Virus record (IMG/VR): IMGVR_UViG_3300027782_000032
Coordinates: 1 to 64,000 of that record
Direction: 5' to 3' (one strand)
Length of the DNA stretch: 64,000 nt
DNA from: a virus
Shown here: piece after piece, positions 38,494 to 48,394 of the stretch
Layout: the number at the start of each line of letters is the position of its first letter
Position numbering within the stretch: the first letter of the stretch is position 1
Translations under genes and position numbers: made by a program
Notes under the pieces: generated by a model
The model's database searches: none
What the model saw: only the letters and a program-made list of their open reading frames with translations
Told to the model about the DNA's origin: nothing

Positions 38494-41259
38494 TTACACA
38501 ACTAGCTTAAGCTCGATGTTGTTAAGTGGGTAAGGTACAGTCAGGTTTACTACAACAACAATGTGGTCTTTAAGGACGGCATGTTGGCGAAGTTCTGATA
38601 CAACGTAGTCAATAAGCTGAGGCCCAATGCTGGTAGTGCCTGTGTCTGACTTAAAGCCATCTCCAATACCCTTAAGGGTAATAGAAATACTTGACAGAGT
38701 GCTAGCTGTAACATTGGTGCGTCCGATGTAAGGAACAAGTCCTCTTCGGAAAGCATAGCTCATGTTGTCGACGTTAGTACGAACTTGTTCTTCACGACGG
38801 TTTAAGTCAGTGTTGTTAGTTGTAACTGCATGTCGATTGATGAAGCTGCCATCCTCTGCTTTGATAATAATCCAACCGCCGTCTCCAGCAATTGAATTAA
38901 GTTGAGCAGTGTTAAAGCCGTTGATAGCGTCTCCAACGTAGTCTACACCAGACACAGATACGCTGGTAAGACCTTGATGAGGATTAACACCAGATCGCAA
39001 ACCTGCGATAGCTGCTGCCAAGAAGTAGCTAGGCTGATTTGTGTAACCGCTTAAAGTTACATTATTGTTTGCAATCGCTACTACTCTAGTTGAAGAGTAC
39101 TTGCCAGCTGCATTACCAATTGCATCAGAATACTCGGTATTATTTAGATTTCTCCAAATTTCAACCTTTTGTGCAATAGCTACTGGAGCTGCAGGGCCAG
39201 CTTTAAGCCTAATAGTATTTTCAGAGATAACAGCCTCTACAGTATAGGATGTGTATCCAATACGGCCAAAGCCGTCAGTAATGTAGAAGTAGCGAACAGT
39301 ATCTCCAGCCCTTACTTTGTTAGTAAGGAACTTAGCGTTGTTAGCTGGAACGCTTAAACGGGTATACTGAGTACCTGAAGTGAAAGGATCGTCCGATATG
39401 GTTGCAAGCACTTCAGCACCGTCTGAAGACTTAGCTGCGCTTACAATAGGCGATAGCCTAGACTCATCAAGACCTACAACTACAGCTCTCCAACGCCCTA
39501 CTTCTGCTCCAGACTGGTCTTCAGCGTGAGCTTTGTAAGCGTCGATAACTACTTGCTCAAAGGTAAGTGGTACAAGGTTGTAAAGATCTTCACGATCTCC
39601 AACTACATCTAGTACGTTTAACCAGTCAGCAGTAACTGCTGGGTTAGACACTGCGGTGAAACGCACGTCTTGTCCGTTACAGTTCTGAAGAGCCATGAAC
39701 ACGCCCCAACACAAAGGATTGTCTGGGTGAAGTGTTCCAAGAAGTGACACAATGTCGCCTGGATCATTAATGGTGCCAAAGTCACCTACATACCGTTGAA
39801 GCCAAGCCCTGTACTCTACATACAAGTCGCCGCTTTCGATAGGAAGAGCAGTCTTAACACCGTCTACTGTCCATTCTGAATCAAATACAGTTACGTTTTC
39901 TTTTACAATAAGTTCTGTAGCGCTTGCGCTATAATTAACGTTAGGTGCGCTTTCTTCCTTGTTAATAGTAACAAGTGCGTTGCGTACAAGATAAAGCTTA
40001 AGGTCTAAATCTGCAGCACTTTGGATTTGTGTAGGAAGGTCGTCTTCAAGAACTAAAGTCCTTAAGTAACCAGAGACTACAGCTGTAACTGCAATGTAGT
40101 ACTTGTCGCCCTTGCAAAGCCCTGTACTTGAGAAGGATACAGTAATAGCTTGATTACCTACGTTAAAGGCAGTTCCAGACGCGTTTACAACTACTGGTGC
40201 ACTAAAGTCTACACCATTTGTAGTAGATACTGAGATTTCTGGTGATGAAGCGAAGGCCCCACCTTTAGTAACTTCTACAATATAGGTAGTGTCACTAGTT
40301 CCAGTGTATGTGCCACCTGAGGTAGCTACTGCAGGCGTGAACGCCTGTATTACATGTATTCTCCACTTGTGACCTACAACCAAGTCGTAGTCGCTTACAG
40401 ATGTAGTGTCTGCTGCGGATGAAGCAGAGGCAGTACCGTTGATATCAAATTCTAAATTTAAACCCCTAGTTCCGATGGCTGTGAATCCACCTGCAGCTAC
40501 TGGAGTTACAGATGCTACGTTGTCTAAGCCAGAGCTGGTAGTAACGCGAATCCTACCAGTAGTAAGATCTCCGTTTCTTGAGCTTTGGATTACTTCAACA
40601 GTGTAGTATTCATCGATTGCGCCGTCTTCTCGGCCATCGTACTGAGAAGCATTAGCCGTTACTGTAATAGAGTTCTTAACAGTGCTTAAGTCATCTACAG
40701 AAGTTGCAAGCGATTGACTTGTCTTATTAGTAGCAGCTGCAGTTGCTGCAGCTCTAGTGGCTGCTACGTCGTCACCAATGAATCCTGAGATTCTGGTTTC
40801 TAGTTCGTAGGTAGTTCCTGAAGCAACGCCTCGGACATAAACAGCGTCACCAACTCGTGCGCCTCTGTCATAAAGCTCTGCAGACTTAGGGTAGCTTGTA
40901 CCGTTGCTTGCAAAGGCTATGCCTGTTGCTTTAATTCTATTAGGGTGGGATGCCACGGTAGTAACCGTGCCACCTACGCCTGCGTCATTTTGATAATACC
41001 TAAGCTTTGCGTTGTCTACGTACAGCTTAACAAAGGTGGTATCTACAATAGACCCTGAGGAAAGGCCTGGCCAAGAGAAAGAAGTGTCAGATAGGTAGTC
41101 GTAGCCACCTAAATAGGTTAATTGTTTTTCTTCTGGTACGTTGTACCTGAAGAGCTCAGCATGTCCGCCGCTGATATGGGAGTTTAGGGCTCCAGCTGTT
41201 GCAACTGGTGCAATGCGGAATTCTTGGAAAACTGTAACTTGCGGCAGAACGTACGCCAT
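38494..41259 (-). CDS. Contractile tail sheath protein
   Basis: 921 aa. C-terminal sheath core: YFLAAAIAGLRSG..PHQGLT...RHAVTT...REEQVRTNVD...VPYPLNNIELKLVV. Confidence 0.9.
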   Translation of the reverse strand: MAYVLPQVTVFQEFRIAPVATAGALNSHISGGHAELFRYNVPEEKQLTYLGGYDYLSDTSFSWPGLSSGSIVDTTFVKLYVDNAKLRYYQNDAGVGGTVTTVASHPNRIKATGIAFASNGTSYPKSAELYDRGARVGDAVYVRGVASGTTYELETRISGFIGDDVAATRAAATAAATNKTSQSLATSVDDLSTVKNSITVTANASQYDGREDGAIDEYYTVEVIQSSRNGDLTTGRIRVTTSSGLDNVASVTPVAAGGFTAIGTRGLNLEFDINGTASASSAADTTSVSDYDLVVGHKWRIHVIQAFTPAVATSGGTYTGTSDTTYIVEVTKGGAFASSPEISVSTTNGVDFSAPVVVNASGTAFNVGNQAITVSFSSTGLCKGDKYYIAVTAVVSGYLRTLVLEDDLPTQIQSAADLDLKLYLVRNALVTINKEESAPNVNYSASATELIVKENVTVFDSEWTVDGVKTALPIESGDLYVEYRAWLQRYVGDFGTINDPGDIVSLLGTLHPDNPLCWGVFMALQNCNGQDVRFTAVSNPAVTADWLNVLDVVGDREDLYNLVPLTFEQVVIDAYKAHAEDQSGAEVGRWRAVVVGLDESRLSPIVSAAKSSDGAEVLATISDDPFTSGTQYTRLSVPANNAKFLTNKVRAGDTVRYFYITDGFGRIGYTSYTVEAVISENTIRLKAGPAAPVAIAQKVEIWRNLNNTEYSDAIGNAAGKYSSTRVVAIANNNVTLSGYTNQPSYFLAAAIAGLRSGVNPHQGLTSVSVSGVDYVGDAINGFNTAQLNSIAGDGGWIIIKAEDGSFINRHAVTTNNTDLNRREEQVRTNVDNMSYAFRRGLVPYIGRTNVTASTLSSISITLKGIGDGFKSDTGTTSIGPQLIDYVVSELRQHAVLKDHIVVVVNLTVPYPLNNIELKLVV

Positions 41260-41296
41260 GATAATCGGCCTCCATGCCTGTTTAGTTCGCCCCGTC

Positions 41297-41920
41297 TTAG
41301 GGCAGGTAAGAAGATAAATTAACCCTCTTTAGAATCGGCCCCTGCTGGGCTACTGTCCAAACCTCTTGTCCAGTGTACTGTATTACTATAGGAGCTGCAT
41401 AGTTCTCTTTTGCTTCTTCTAGCTGAAAAAGTTCTCCAAGCTCCACTGCTTCAAATTTAACCAAATTAAGAATATTTGCAATAACTAATCCGTAGGTATT
41501 TAAATCTTTAAAAACTTCTCCTGCAATTATCTCAGATTGAACTCCTGAATTAGATATACAGAATAACGTGTGAGAGCCTGCCATAAGCCTTCCATAACGC
41601 TGAGATCCTAAATATGAGTCGACTGTACCTACGCTGTCATTTAATACTAATCTGCTTGAAGTCCAGTTTCCTCTTTTAATAATTATTGCAGGTCTTTTTT
41701 CTGTAGCCTCAGGTTTCCATCTAGTTATAGACTCAATTAATATTCCTGTTGGCTGAGTAGCTTTCCACAAAAGACCCCTAAGAACTTCAGTTTCTATATT
41801 ATTAGCATCTGCAAATCTATTAGTAAGCCAGTCTCTCAAGAACCCTGTTACTACGTGAGGCATCATTCCTAACGCGCATAGGTTATTTCCTGTATCAAAT
41901 GCTGGGCTTGGGTCGCTCAT
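41297..41920 (-). CDS. Putative tail terminator/completion protein
   Basis: 207 aa directly upstream of the sheath gene; RPAIIIKRG motif. Confidence 0.5.
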   Translation of the reverse strand: MSDPSPAFDTGNNLCALGMMPHVVTGFLRDWLTNRFADANNIETEVLRGLLWKATQPTGILIESITRWKPEATEKRPAIIIKRGNWTSSRLVLNDSVGTVDSYLGSQRYGRLMAGSHTLFCISNSGVQSEIIAGEVFKDLNTYGLVIANILNLVKFEAVELGELFQLEEAKENYAAPIVIQYTGQEVWTVAQQGPILKRVNLSSYLP

Positions 41921-42117
41921 TACTTATTGCCTTTATTCATAAAACTAAAGTCAGGCTGCTTGTACGGTGTTGGCTGGATCATAGGTGGAAGCTCATTCTT
42001 TTTAGTGGAGACGTTTCCACTGAGCATCTTTACATGTGATGCAATCTTATCAAAGCTAGACTCATGACCAAACAATGAGTTTGATTCCATCATTCTAGGA
42101 GCTCTTTTTTCCATCAT
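41920..42117 (-). CDS. Small K-x-A motif protein
   Basis: 65 aa (EKRA, DKIA); overlaps both neighbours. Confidence 0.5.
   Translation of the reverse strand: MMEKRAPRMMESNSLFGHESSFDKIASHVKMLSGNVSTKKNELPPMIQPTPYKQPDFSFMNKGNK
42004..42021. repeat. Dispersed palindrome copy 5 (1 mismatch)
   Basis: AGTGGAGACGTTTCCACT. Confidence 0.85.
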
Positions 42118-42926
42118 ATACCATTCTCCTGTATAGTGTAAACAACATCAGAAAACGGTGCCATTCTAAGATTAATTGCAGCCACGATATTGTACCCCCT
42201 TATGGTAATCAATTCCGTGTACTCATGCACTATGTATCTTCTTCCGCTGCCCTTATCCCAGATTACATCTTGGCTGCTAAGAACGGCATCGCTTATTATT
42301 CTGCAGTTTTGAGTAGCTGCTTGGCTTGAAGTTCCAACCTTTTGATCATCTTGTTTTTCAACTTCATTAGAAACCTGCATATCTACAAGTATAGGTACAG
42401 CGGCGTAATAACCAGCAACTAGGCCTGTGCCTAGACACACTTGGCAGCTGCCATCAATAGGTTCATCCGTAAGAGGGTCGGCGCACCTAGTGCATTTTGT
42501 ACCGATACGTTTTCTTTTAAATAAAACAGCGTCCGGAACAGAAACGAACCGCTTCATTCTAAGTGTTTCTTTTCTAAGTATTTCTCTAACTATTCTCCAA
42601 GTTCTGTAGTCAACTCCTGAATCAGCTGAGATTACTGGTGAATAGTATGTACCTGAGTAAGTTACTAATTTTACTCTATAGAACCAATCTAGCTCTTTAC
42701 CAAAAATCCTAGCCTCGTCGTCTACAAGAAACCAAGTATTAACAGCTGGTAGCCCTATTGATATAAAGTTAGCTGTTGTTGCAGACGAGCTTGAGCCTTG
42801 TAGTGTGAATGTGTAAGGGCCCCTATCAGTGAACAGGTGGTTAAGTTCCCATTCAACTACGGTACCTCCTGATGGAGCAAACCTTATTGAAGTCCTTTCA
42901 AACGGCTCTATTCCTTCAATAGGCAT
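42114..42926 (-). CDS. Putative head-closure/neck protein with zinc-finger-like insert
   Basis: 270 aa; CTRC...CQVCLGTG followed by a beta-barrel-like C-terminus; position between adaptor and terminator genes. Confidence 0.5.
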   Translation of the reverse strand: MPIEGIEPFERTSIRFAPSGGTVVEWELNHLFTDRGPYTFTLQGSSSSATTANFISIGLPAVNTWFLVDDEARIFGKELDWFYRVKLVTYSGTYYSPVISADSGVDYRTWRIVREILRKETLRMKRFVSVPDAVLFKRKRIGTKCTRCADPLTDEPIDGSCQVCLGTGLVAGYYAAVPILVDMQVSNEVEKQDDQKVGTSSQAATQNCRIISDAVLSSQDVIWDKGSGRRYIVHEYTELITIRGYNIVAAINLRMAPFSDVVYTIQENGI

Positions 42927-43258
42927 GGTCGATTCCTCACCTTATTAAAGTGGTCTTCGCAATCCTTAACTACATTAGTATTCCAAGACAGGTAAGAATG
43001 AAGGTGGCCAAAAACAAAGTGGCAGTTACTAGGCTTAGAGCACAGAACGATAAAGTTATCATCGTCAAGCTCCTTAGTTGGATCTACTTGTACTGGTATT
43101 TTATGATGCACAACAAGGTTTTTAGATGCTCCACAAGCTGCGCACTTCTTACCCTTTATAAAGTTATCACGTTTGGCTGGCCACTTACCTGACCTGACGC
43201 CTAGAATCCAGCTAAGTGTGTCTAGAGTAGCTATGCCTACTGATTTTAAAGTTATCAC
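42908..43258 (-). CDS. HNH endonuclease
   Basis: CAACG...VHHKIP...DNFIVLC...CHFVFGH. Confidence 0.88.
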   Translation of the reverse strand: MITLKSVGIATLDTLSWILGVRSGKWPAKRDNFIKGKKCAACGASKNLVVHHKIPVQVDPTKELDDDNFIVLCSKPSNCHFVFGHLHSYLSWNTNVVKDCEDHFNKVRNRPCLLKE

Positions 43259-44202
43259 CTGTACCTTCCAAACCCATCATAGGTAGAGCCAAAAGAGCCA
43301 TCCCAGGCTTCTTTGTTGATCTGAATCTTTGTCATCTTTACCCACTTGAGATAATCTTGAAGCATCCTGTCGCCTATAGTCTCGTACTCTTGCGATTTGT
43401 TCTTGTCGTCTATAGCTAAACCGCCTGCAGTATAGTTTAATTGGTTTCTTCTGTAGTGCTTTGCAGCTGCTAAGTAAAGCTCACCCATGATACCGTTAAG
43501 CATTACAGATGGTTTTGGAAAGTTCTTAGTGCTGAACGTAACTCTAACCCTAGGCTGCATTGTATTCCAATGCTGAACGCAAAGTATCATTGCTTCGCAT
43601 ATCTCAGGAAGGTCGAACTCTAAGGTATTTAGAAGTGGATTGTCCTCTGGGGAACTATCCCTGAGATACAACCTTACTTCGTTTATGGATGGAAGACCCC
43701 TGCCGTTGTCGCTTCCAGAAGATGAGAACTGGCTTTTTTCTACAACTAGATAAAACTGCGATGAATGAATTAGCTCACTTGAGGCTGACATTACTCCCCA
43801 GTTAGCTTGAAATATTCCATTTAGATCAGTTGCGGTTACTGGAATCTTGGCTCTTACAACGCCGGCTGCAGCGTTTACAAAAACACCTTCTATATCTACT
43901 ACTGGAATTACAGAATTAGTGTCGAATACTTCTCTGGCTTTAAGTAGCACTTTACCTTGAAGCGCAGAGCTGCTTGAAGAACTTACAGAGCTTGAATAGT
44001 TCTCAAATCCGCATGACTCGAAGTTTATAGGTCTACCTTCTAAGTCTCTAAGAACCATTTCTATTACTGGCGCCATACCTTGTGATGTAACCAGTGCCTG
44101 TGTTTTACTTAGTATAGGCCTTCCGTCAACCCTAGTAATGCTTGGGCGTAGTACTAACTGATCTGAGCACTCAATGATTGACGGGTCCATGTCATCCTCC
44201 AA
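43255..44202 (-). CDS. Putative head-tail adaptor (neck) with N-terminal Ig/BppU-like domain
   Basis: 315 aa; C-terminal RLYLRD...RRNQLNYTAGGLAIDDKNK motif; synteny. Confidence 0.55.
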   Translation of the reverse strand: MEDDMDPSIIECSDQLVLRPSITRVDGRPILSKTQALVTSQGMAPVIEMVLRDLEGRPINFESCGFENYSSSVSSSSSSALQGKVLLKAREVFDTNSVIPVVDIEGVFVNAAAGVVRAKIPVTATDLNGIFQANWGVMSASSELIHSSQFYLVVEKSQFSSSGSDNGRGLPSINEVRLYLRDSSPEDNPLLNTLEFDLPEICEAMILCVQHWNTMQPRVRVTFSTKNFPKPSVMLNGIMGELYLAAAKHYRRNQLNYTAGGLAIDDKNKSQEYETIGDRMLQDYLKWVKMTKIQINKEAWDGSFGSTYDGFGRYR

Positions 44203-44207
44203 ATGCC

Positions 44208-45467
44208 CTATATTTTACATACGCCTGGCTGGTGTTGTCCTTTCAAAGCGCATAAGTCAGCGTAAACATATAGGATATTGTTGTTCTTGTGGAACTCCGA
44301 GGGTGCCTCTGTCCATATCCTTGCTGCTTGAAATCTACAGGTTATCTCAGGCACATACTTGGAGTAGTTCCTATCAGTATAGTACCAAAAAGAGTTCTGA
44401 TTGATATAGTTAATGTGAGTGGGATCTTGGTAAGCCCCTCTACCATCAGAGCTAGGAGTTCCAGATATAATGAAGCCGCCTGGAGCAAGAACTCTGTAAA
44501 AGTCGTTCATACACCAGACAAACTTATCTCTAGGCAAGTGCTCAAAGAAATCGAATGCTCTAAGAATGCCGACAGAGTTATCAGCAAATGGAAGAGGAGA
44601 CTCACCTACTCTATGAATGATATGAGCGTTCTTTACGTCTAAGCTCTTAAAGTTCTTAGGTGAGTTGAAGCCACCACCTAAGTCTATCATCTCTAGATTT
44701 TCTCTTCTGCACCACTCACCGCACAGCTTATGCAAGTATCTGTTGTAAGTGTTGTTCTGAATACGTGCTATGTCTGGACCCTTCTTTATAAAAGAGTTAG
44801 ACTTCTTTGGGTCTAATACCCTTCTATACAGGTACAAGCAGTCTTCGTGGTAGATAAACTTAGACCCTGACATGTAAGTTCTGCACACTAGGTCATGATC
44901 GTCTCCTACATCCATGCTGGCGTCGTGGCCTCCAGCTGCGTAGTATACATCTCTGTGCCATGCCCTTACGTGGTTAGGAGCGTAGTAGATCTGGCCTATT
45001 GTGCTTGGAGTATGTGGAAAGCATTTATGGGCTACGTATTTTGCACCGTCATATTCAAAGTCGTAGGTCTTCCAACCGTACATGTTGTTATAGATCTCTG
45101 CAGATCCATTTGGAAAGAAGCTAGCAAAGTCAGAGTAATGGAAGGCTGGACCCTGCTTCTCATGTTCCTCAGCCAGCCTCTGTAAAGCCCAAGGAACCAA
45201 GAAGTCGTCATGGTCTAGTTCTACGTAGATGTCGCCTGTGGCTTGTGAGCAAGCAAAGTTCTTAAGAGCTCCTATTTTGCTTTCAGCACTAGGTCTTATA
45301 ATTACTTTGGGGTCATTAAATATGTCTGTTGGTATTACTGGAGCAGGAGATCCGTTCGGTACTATAATCCATTCCCACTCTGTATGGGTCTGTTTCTTCA
45401 AGCTTTCATAACATTCGTGTAGCCAAGTCGGGTCGTTAGTTGGTGTAAATATGCTAAACTTGATCAC
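44208..45467 (-). CDS. GT2 glycosyltransferase fused to a class I SAM-methyltransferase-like domain
   Basis: SIFTPTN...GALKNFACSQATGDIYVELDHDD (DxDD); C-terminal IDLGGG...LPFADNSV...FFEHL...YRVLAPGG...DPTH. Confidence 0.88.
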   Translation of the reverse strand: MIKFSIFTPTNDPTWLHECYESLKKQTHTEWEWIIVPNGSPAPVIPTDIFNDPKVIIRPSAESKIGALKNFACSQATGDIYVELDHDDFLVPWALQRLAEEHEKQGPAFHYSDFASFFPNGSAEIYNNMYGWKTYDFEYDGAKYVAHKCFPHTPSTIGQIYYAPNHVRAWHRDVYYAAGGHDASMDVGDDHDLVCRTYMSGSKFIYHEDCLYLYRRVLDPKKSNSFIKKGPDIARIQNNTYNRYLHKLCGEWCRRENLEMIDLGGGFNSPKNFKSLDVKNAHIIHRVGESPLPFADNSVGILRAFDFFEHLPRDKFVWCMNDFYRVLAPGGFIISGTPSSDGRGAYQDPTHINYINQNSFWYYTDRNYSKYVPEITCRFQAARIWTEAPSEFHKNNNILYVYADLCALKGQHQPGVCKI

Positions 45468-45552
45468 AAAGTCCTTCTTTCTTATTCGTAATGGGTTACA
45501 GCCACGCCCATAGAATAGCGAGTATTGAATTCAATTTCCAGTGGTATTAAAT

Positions 45553-45582
45553 AAAAAAAGCCCTGGACTAATCCAGGGCTTT
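45553..45582 (-). terminator. Rho-independent terminator ending the head operon
   Basis: AAAGCCCTGGA-ttag-TCCAGGGCTTT followed by a T-run on the minus strand; a T-run also lies on the other side. Confidence 0.88.
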
Positions 45583-45601
45583 AGTTTTTTTATTAATACA
45601 A

Positions 45602-45934
45602 TTAAATGGAGCTTGAGTAAGCTATACCGCAAGGATTAGCAGTGCTTATAACATTGTTAGCTACTTTAATCGTCTTAGTTACGTCAAGTGTTTCGTCGTA
45701 AAAAAGAGGAGAAGGAGTGCTTACAACAACAATGTCTCCTGACTTGACTGCAGTAATAAAGGCTTCTCTCTTCCTTTTGGAAGTGATTGCCTGAAGAAGC
45801 CCAGTCGGAGATCCGAAGAAGGTATACTCATCGCCGGCTACCAGCCTCTTCCCATGAGGAGGAAGAAAGCCAAAGACAGCGGTCTTTCCAGACATGTTTC
45901 TTACCTTAGTTTCTAAGCAAGTAGAGTCAGCCAT
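45602..45934 (-). CDS. Hypothetical head-module protein
   Basis: 110 aa with GGAGG RBS. Confidence 0.6.
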   Translation of the reverse strand: MADSTCLETKVRNMSGKTAVFGFLPPHGKRLVAGDEYTFFGSPTGLLQAITSKRKREAFITAVKSGDIVVVSTPSPLFYDETLDVTKTIKVANNVISTANPCGIAYSSSI

Positions 45935-45957
45935 TGTAACCTCCTAGATTACTATTA

Positions 45958-46356
45958 TTAAGCAGAGATCTGTTTAGCAATTGCTCCGTGATAGGTAAGC
46001 ACTGCATCTACTAGATCAGGCCTTGCAGCTAGTTCATAAGATGCTTGCTTTACAGCAGAGCTAATGCCGTTATTGTTATTATTAGTTCCTGTTACCAAAC
46101 CATTAAGCTGGTTATTAGCTAGCTTAAGCAGATTAGTTTGGTTGGAAGCACTTTTAACGCTCTGTTGAGCGCTAGCTTCGCCAAGCCTTGCGGCCATTTC
46201 AAGAAGACTGGAAACTTCTTCATCGTTCTGTGGAACAATGTTAAAGTCGTTAGCCAACTTTTCAAGGAACACAGGGATAAACACCTCACGAACTAATGTA
46301 GCGTGAGCTGTTTGAGCTTGGTTGAGTTCTTCATTTGTAAGATTAGACATTGTCAC
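45958..46356 (-). CDS. Hypothetical K-x-A motif head protein
   Basis: 132 aa (VKSAS, VKQAS); GGAG RBS. Confidence 0.6.
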   Translation of the reverse strand: MTMSNLTNEELNQAQTAHATLVREVFIPVFLEKLANDFNIVPQNDEEVSSLLEMAARLGEASAQQSVKSASNQTNLLKLANNQLNGLVTGTNNNNNGISSAVKQASYELAARPDLVDAVLTYHGAIAKQISA

Positions 46357-46373
46357 TCTCCAAACCTAAATTT

Positions 46374-46399
46374 AAAAGGGGCTGCCGTTAAGCAGCCCC
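46374..46399 (-). terminator. Terminator directly after the major capsid gene
   Basis: GGGGCTGC-ttaacg-GCAGCCCC-TTTT on the minus strand. Confidence 0.8.
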
Positions 46400-46406
46400 A
46401 GAACAA

Positions 46407-47336
46407 TTACGCAAAGTCAACACGGGCAACTGCGTTGGTATTGCCGATGGCACCACCAAGAGTTTCATAGGCAAAGAATTCTAACATGTAGGCCTTTCGG
46501 TCCACATAAAGAGTTGTATCTTCAAGAATGAACGACTTGCCCAGGAACTTAGGATCAGCGAACATAAACACGCTGTCAGTAGGAACCAAGTCCTGCTTGA
46601 TGGAGATGATCCAACGAGCATTCATGAAGTTCTGTTCCGACCAGCCGTTTTTGAATACGTCCTGACTGAAGTCACCACCCATTTCCTCACGACCGAATTT
46701 CATCAGTTCGCGAATGGTAAGGTTGTTGACCAAGCAGGTACCTACTTCAAGTCGACTGATAGTTCTTGGAAGAATCTTGAAAGAGTCTTGCAAGGTGTCG
46801 CGGGTGATACCACCGTAGATGGTTTCCCACTGCACTAAGCCTGACTGAGTTACAGTAGTATCTGCAGCTCCGCCCATGGCAGCATTACAAGCAGCAATGA
46901 ATTTACGATCTTCTTCCGCTAACATATCCTTAATGGCATTATCCGAGAGGATCTGCCTGATATCCATGCGGTAAGTACGAAGTTCATCTACGTCCTTTGT
47001 GAATCGTGGGGTCACGATACGGTCAAAGGTTACTCGGTATTTCTGTCCACGAACATAAAGGTTCATAGGAAGAGTATTGAAAGGAATCGAGATTGCTGCT
47101 GGAGAATCAGGTTCACGTTCAATAATCTTTACAGGCTTATCAGTGTCGACTTGTTGATCAAGGTCGTCATTGCTGACCTGTACTGGTGGAAGAATTCTTC
47201 GGTAGAAGCCTTCTTCACGCATCCTGTACCTGGTGTAGTCGACCACTGCATCGAGTGCTCGCTTTTCCATTCCAGGAGTTTCAAGGTAGCTAAGGAACGT
47301 TTCGTTCGTCAGCTTAGTTTCATTATCGTAAGCCAT
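46407..47336 (-). CDS. Major capsid protein (HK97 fold)
   Basis: 309 aa; REEGFYRRILPP, RIVTPRFTKDVDELRTY, DIRQILSDNAIKDMLAEED and FFAYETLGGAIGN motifs; follows protease-scaffold-decoration genes; strong RBS and own terminator. Confidence 0.85.
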   Translation of the reverse strand: MAYDNETKLTNETFLSYLETPGMEKRALDAVVDYTRYRMREEGFYRRILPPVQVSNDDLDQQVDTDKPVKIIEREPDSPAAISIPFNTLPMNLYVRGQKYRVTFDRIVTPRFTKDVDELRTYRMDIRQILSDNAIKDMLAEEDRKFIAACNAAMGGAADTTVTQSGLVQWETIYGGITRDTLQDSFKILPRTISRLEVGTCLVNNLTIRELMKFGREEMGGDFSQDVFKNGWSEQNFMNARWIISIKQDLVPTDSVFMFADPKFLGKSFILEDTTLYVDRKAYMLEFFAYETLGGAIGNTNAVARVDFA

Positions 47337-47353
47337 GGTAACTATCCTCCTGT

Positions 47354-47926
47354 TTAGTAGCCGGTTTTGCCTGGTTTGTAGGTGGGCCAGAACGCTAATA
47401 CGTTATTGCGATCTGACTGGCGTTTACGAACGCCTCGAGAAACAACACCTACTACAGCGGTAGGATTAGTACTGCTGCTAAGAGCCGAAGAGTTTTCTAA
47501 GGTAACAACACTAGCGTTAGTCAAAAGACCACCATCAGTGCTGCTGTTAGAGCTGCTCTTGCATCGAAGAAAATCATTAGGAGCATAGGTACGAGCTGTA
47601 TCAAACTCAGTAGTCTCAAGCTCATAAGAGCCTTTAGCTACTAAACCAGTGATAACACCTGTTGGCCCGATAGGGTACCAAGTGGTTCCACCAGTGTTAG
47701 AGACATCGTTGTCATCGCTGTTTTGAAGAATGAAGATCGGCATCTGACTGCCGGTACAGCCGAGTTCAAACTCGCCTGTTGCATTAAGATGAACGCATCT
47801 TCCAGCGTACACAGTCGTTACAGTTACATTACTTGACAGCTTGGCCGTGTAGTCCAGAGCTGCCATATGAAACCAACCCTTGATCGCATCAAGAGTGTGG
47901 TCAAACATCTGACGTGGCGTTGCCAT
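47354..47926 (-). CDS. Putative capsid decoration/cement protein
   Basis: 190 aa directly upstream of the capsid gene; beta-rich, AVVGVVSRG motif. Confidence 0.6.
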   Translation of the reverse strand: MATPRQMFDHTLDAIKGWFHMAALDYTAKLSSNVTVTTVYAGRCVHLNATGEFELGCTGSQMPIFILQNSDDNDVSNTGGTTWYPIGPTGVITGLVAKGSYELETTEFDTARTYAPNDFLRCKSSSNSSTDGGLLTNASVVTLENSSALSSSTNPTAVVGVVSRGVRKRQSDRNNVLAFWPTYKPGKTGY

Positions 47927-47990
47927 TATATAGACCTCCGTGTCTGTTAAGGCTACCGACCTGAGGAGCGCGAGTTAAATAAACCAGTAC

Positions 47991-48377
47991 TTAGAGACCT
48001 AAGTGCTGGCGAAAACGACGATCAGACTCACGCTCAGAAGTAGTCCGTCGTCCCACATAAGGATCATTAAGAGAATCATAACTGCTAGCTTGCTTTTCGG
48101 TTTTACCCAAAGCTTTTGGCTTAACAGTGCGGTTAACGTCGGCGGCCTTAATGAGGATCTCAAGGGCCTTAGCATGATTCGTTAAAGCTGATGCAGCCTT
48201 CTCACGATCAGCTGGATCAATTCTTTCAAATTGAATAAGAGCATCAACAGCCTTAGGTAAAAGGTCGTTAATACGGTCATCAGCTGCTCGCTTTTCGTTA
48301 AGTCGCTTTTCAGCAACGTCTAGAGCGGCTTCTACACATTGAATGTAATCAACTGTTTTTTCTACAAAGTTAGACAT
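47991..48377 (-). CDS. Head-module K-x-A protein (scaffold-associated); start revised to ATG 48377
   Basis: EKRAA and EKQAS motifs; helical. Confidence 0.55.
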   Translation of the reverse strand: MSNFVEKTVDYIQCVEAALDVAEKRLNEKRAADDRINDLLPKAVDALIQFERIDPADREKAASALTNHAKALEILIKAADVNRTVKPKALGKTEKQASSYDSLNDPYVGRRTTSERESDRRFRQHLGL

Positions 48378-48394
48378 TAAAGTTATCTCCAATA

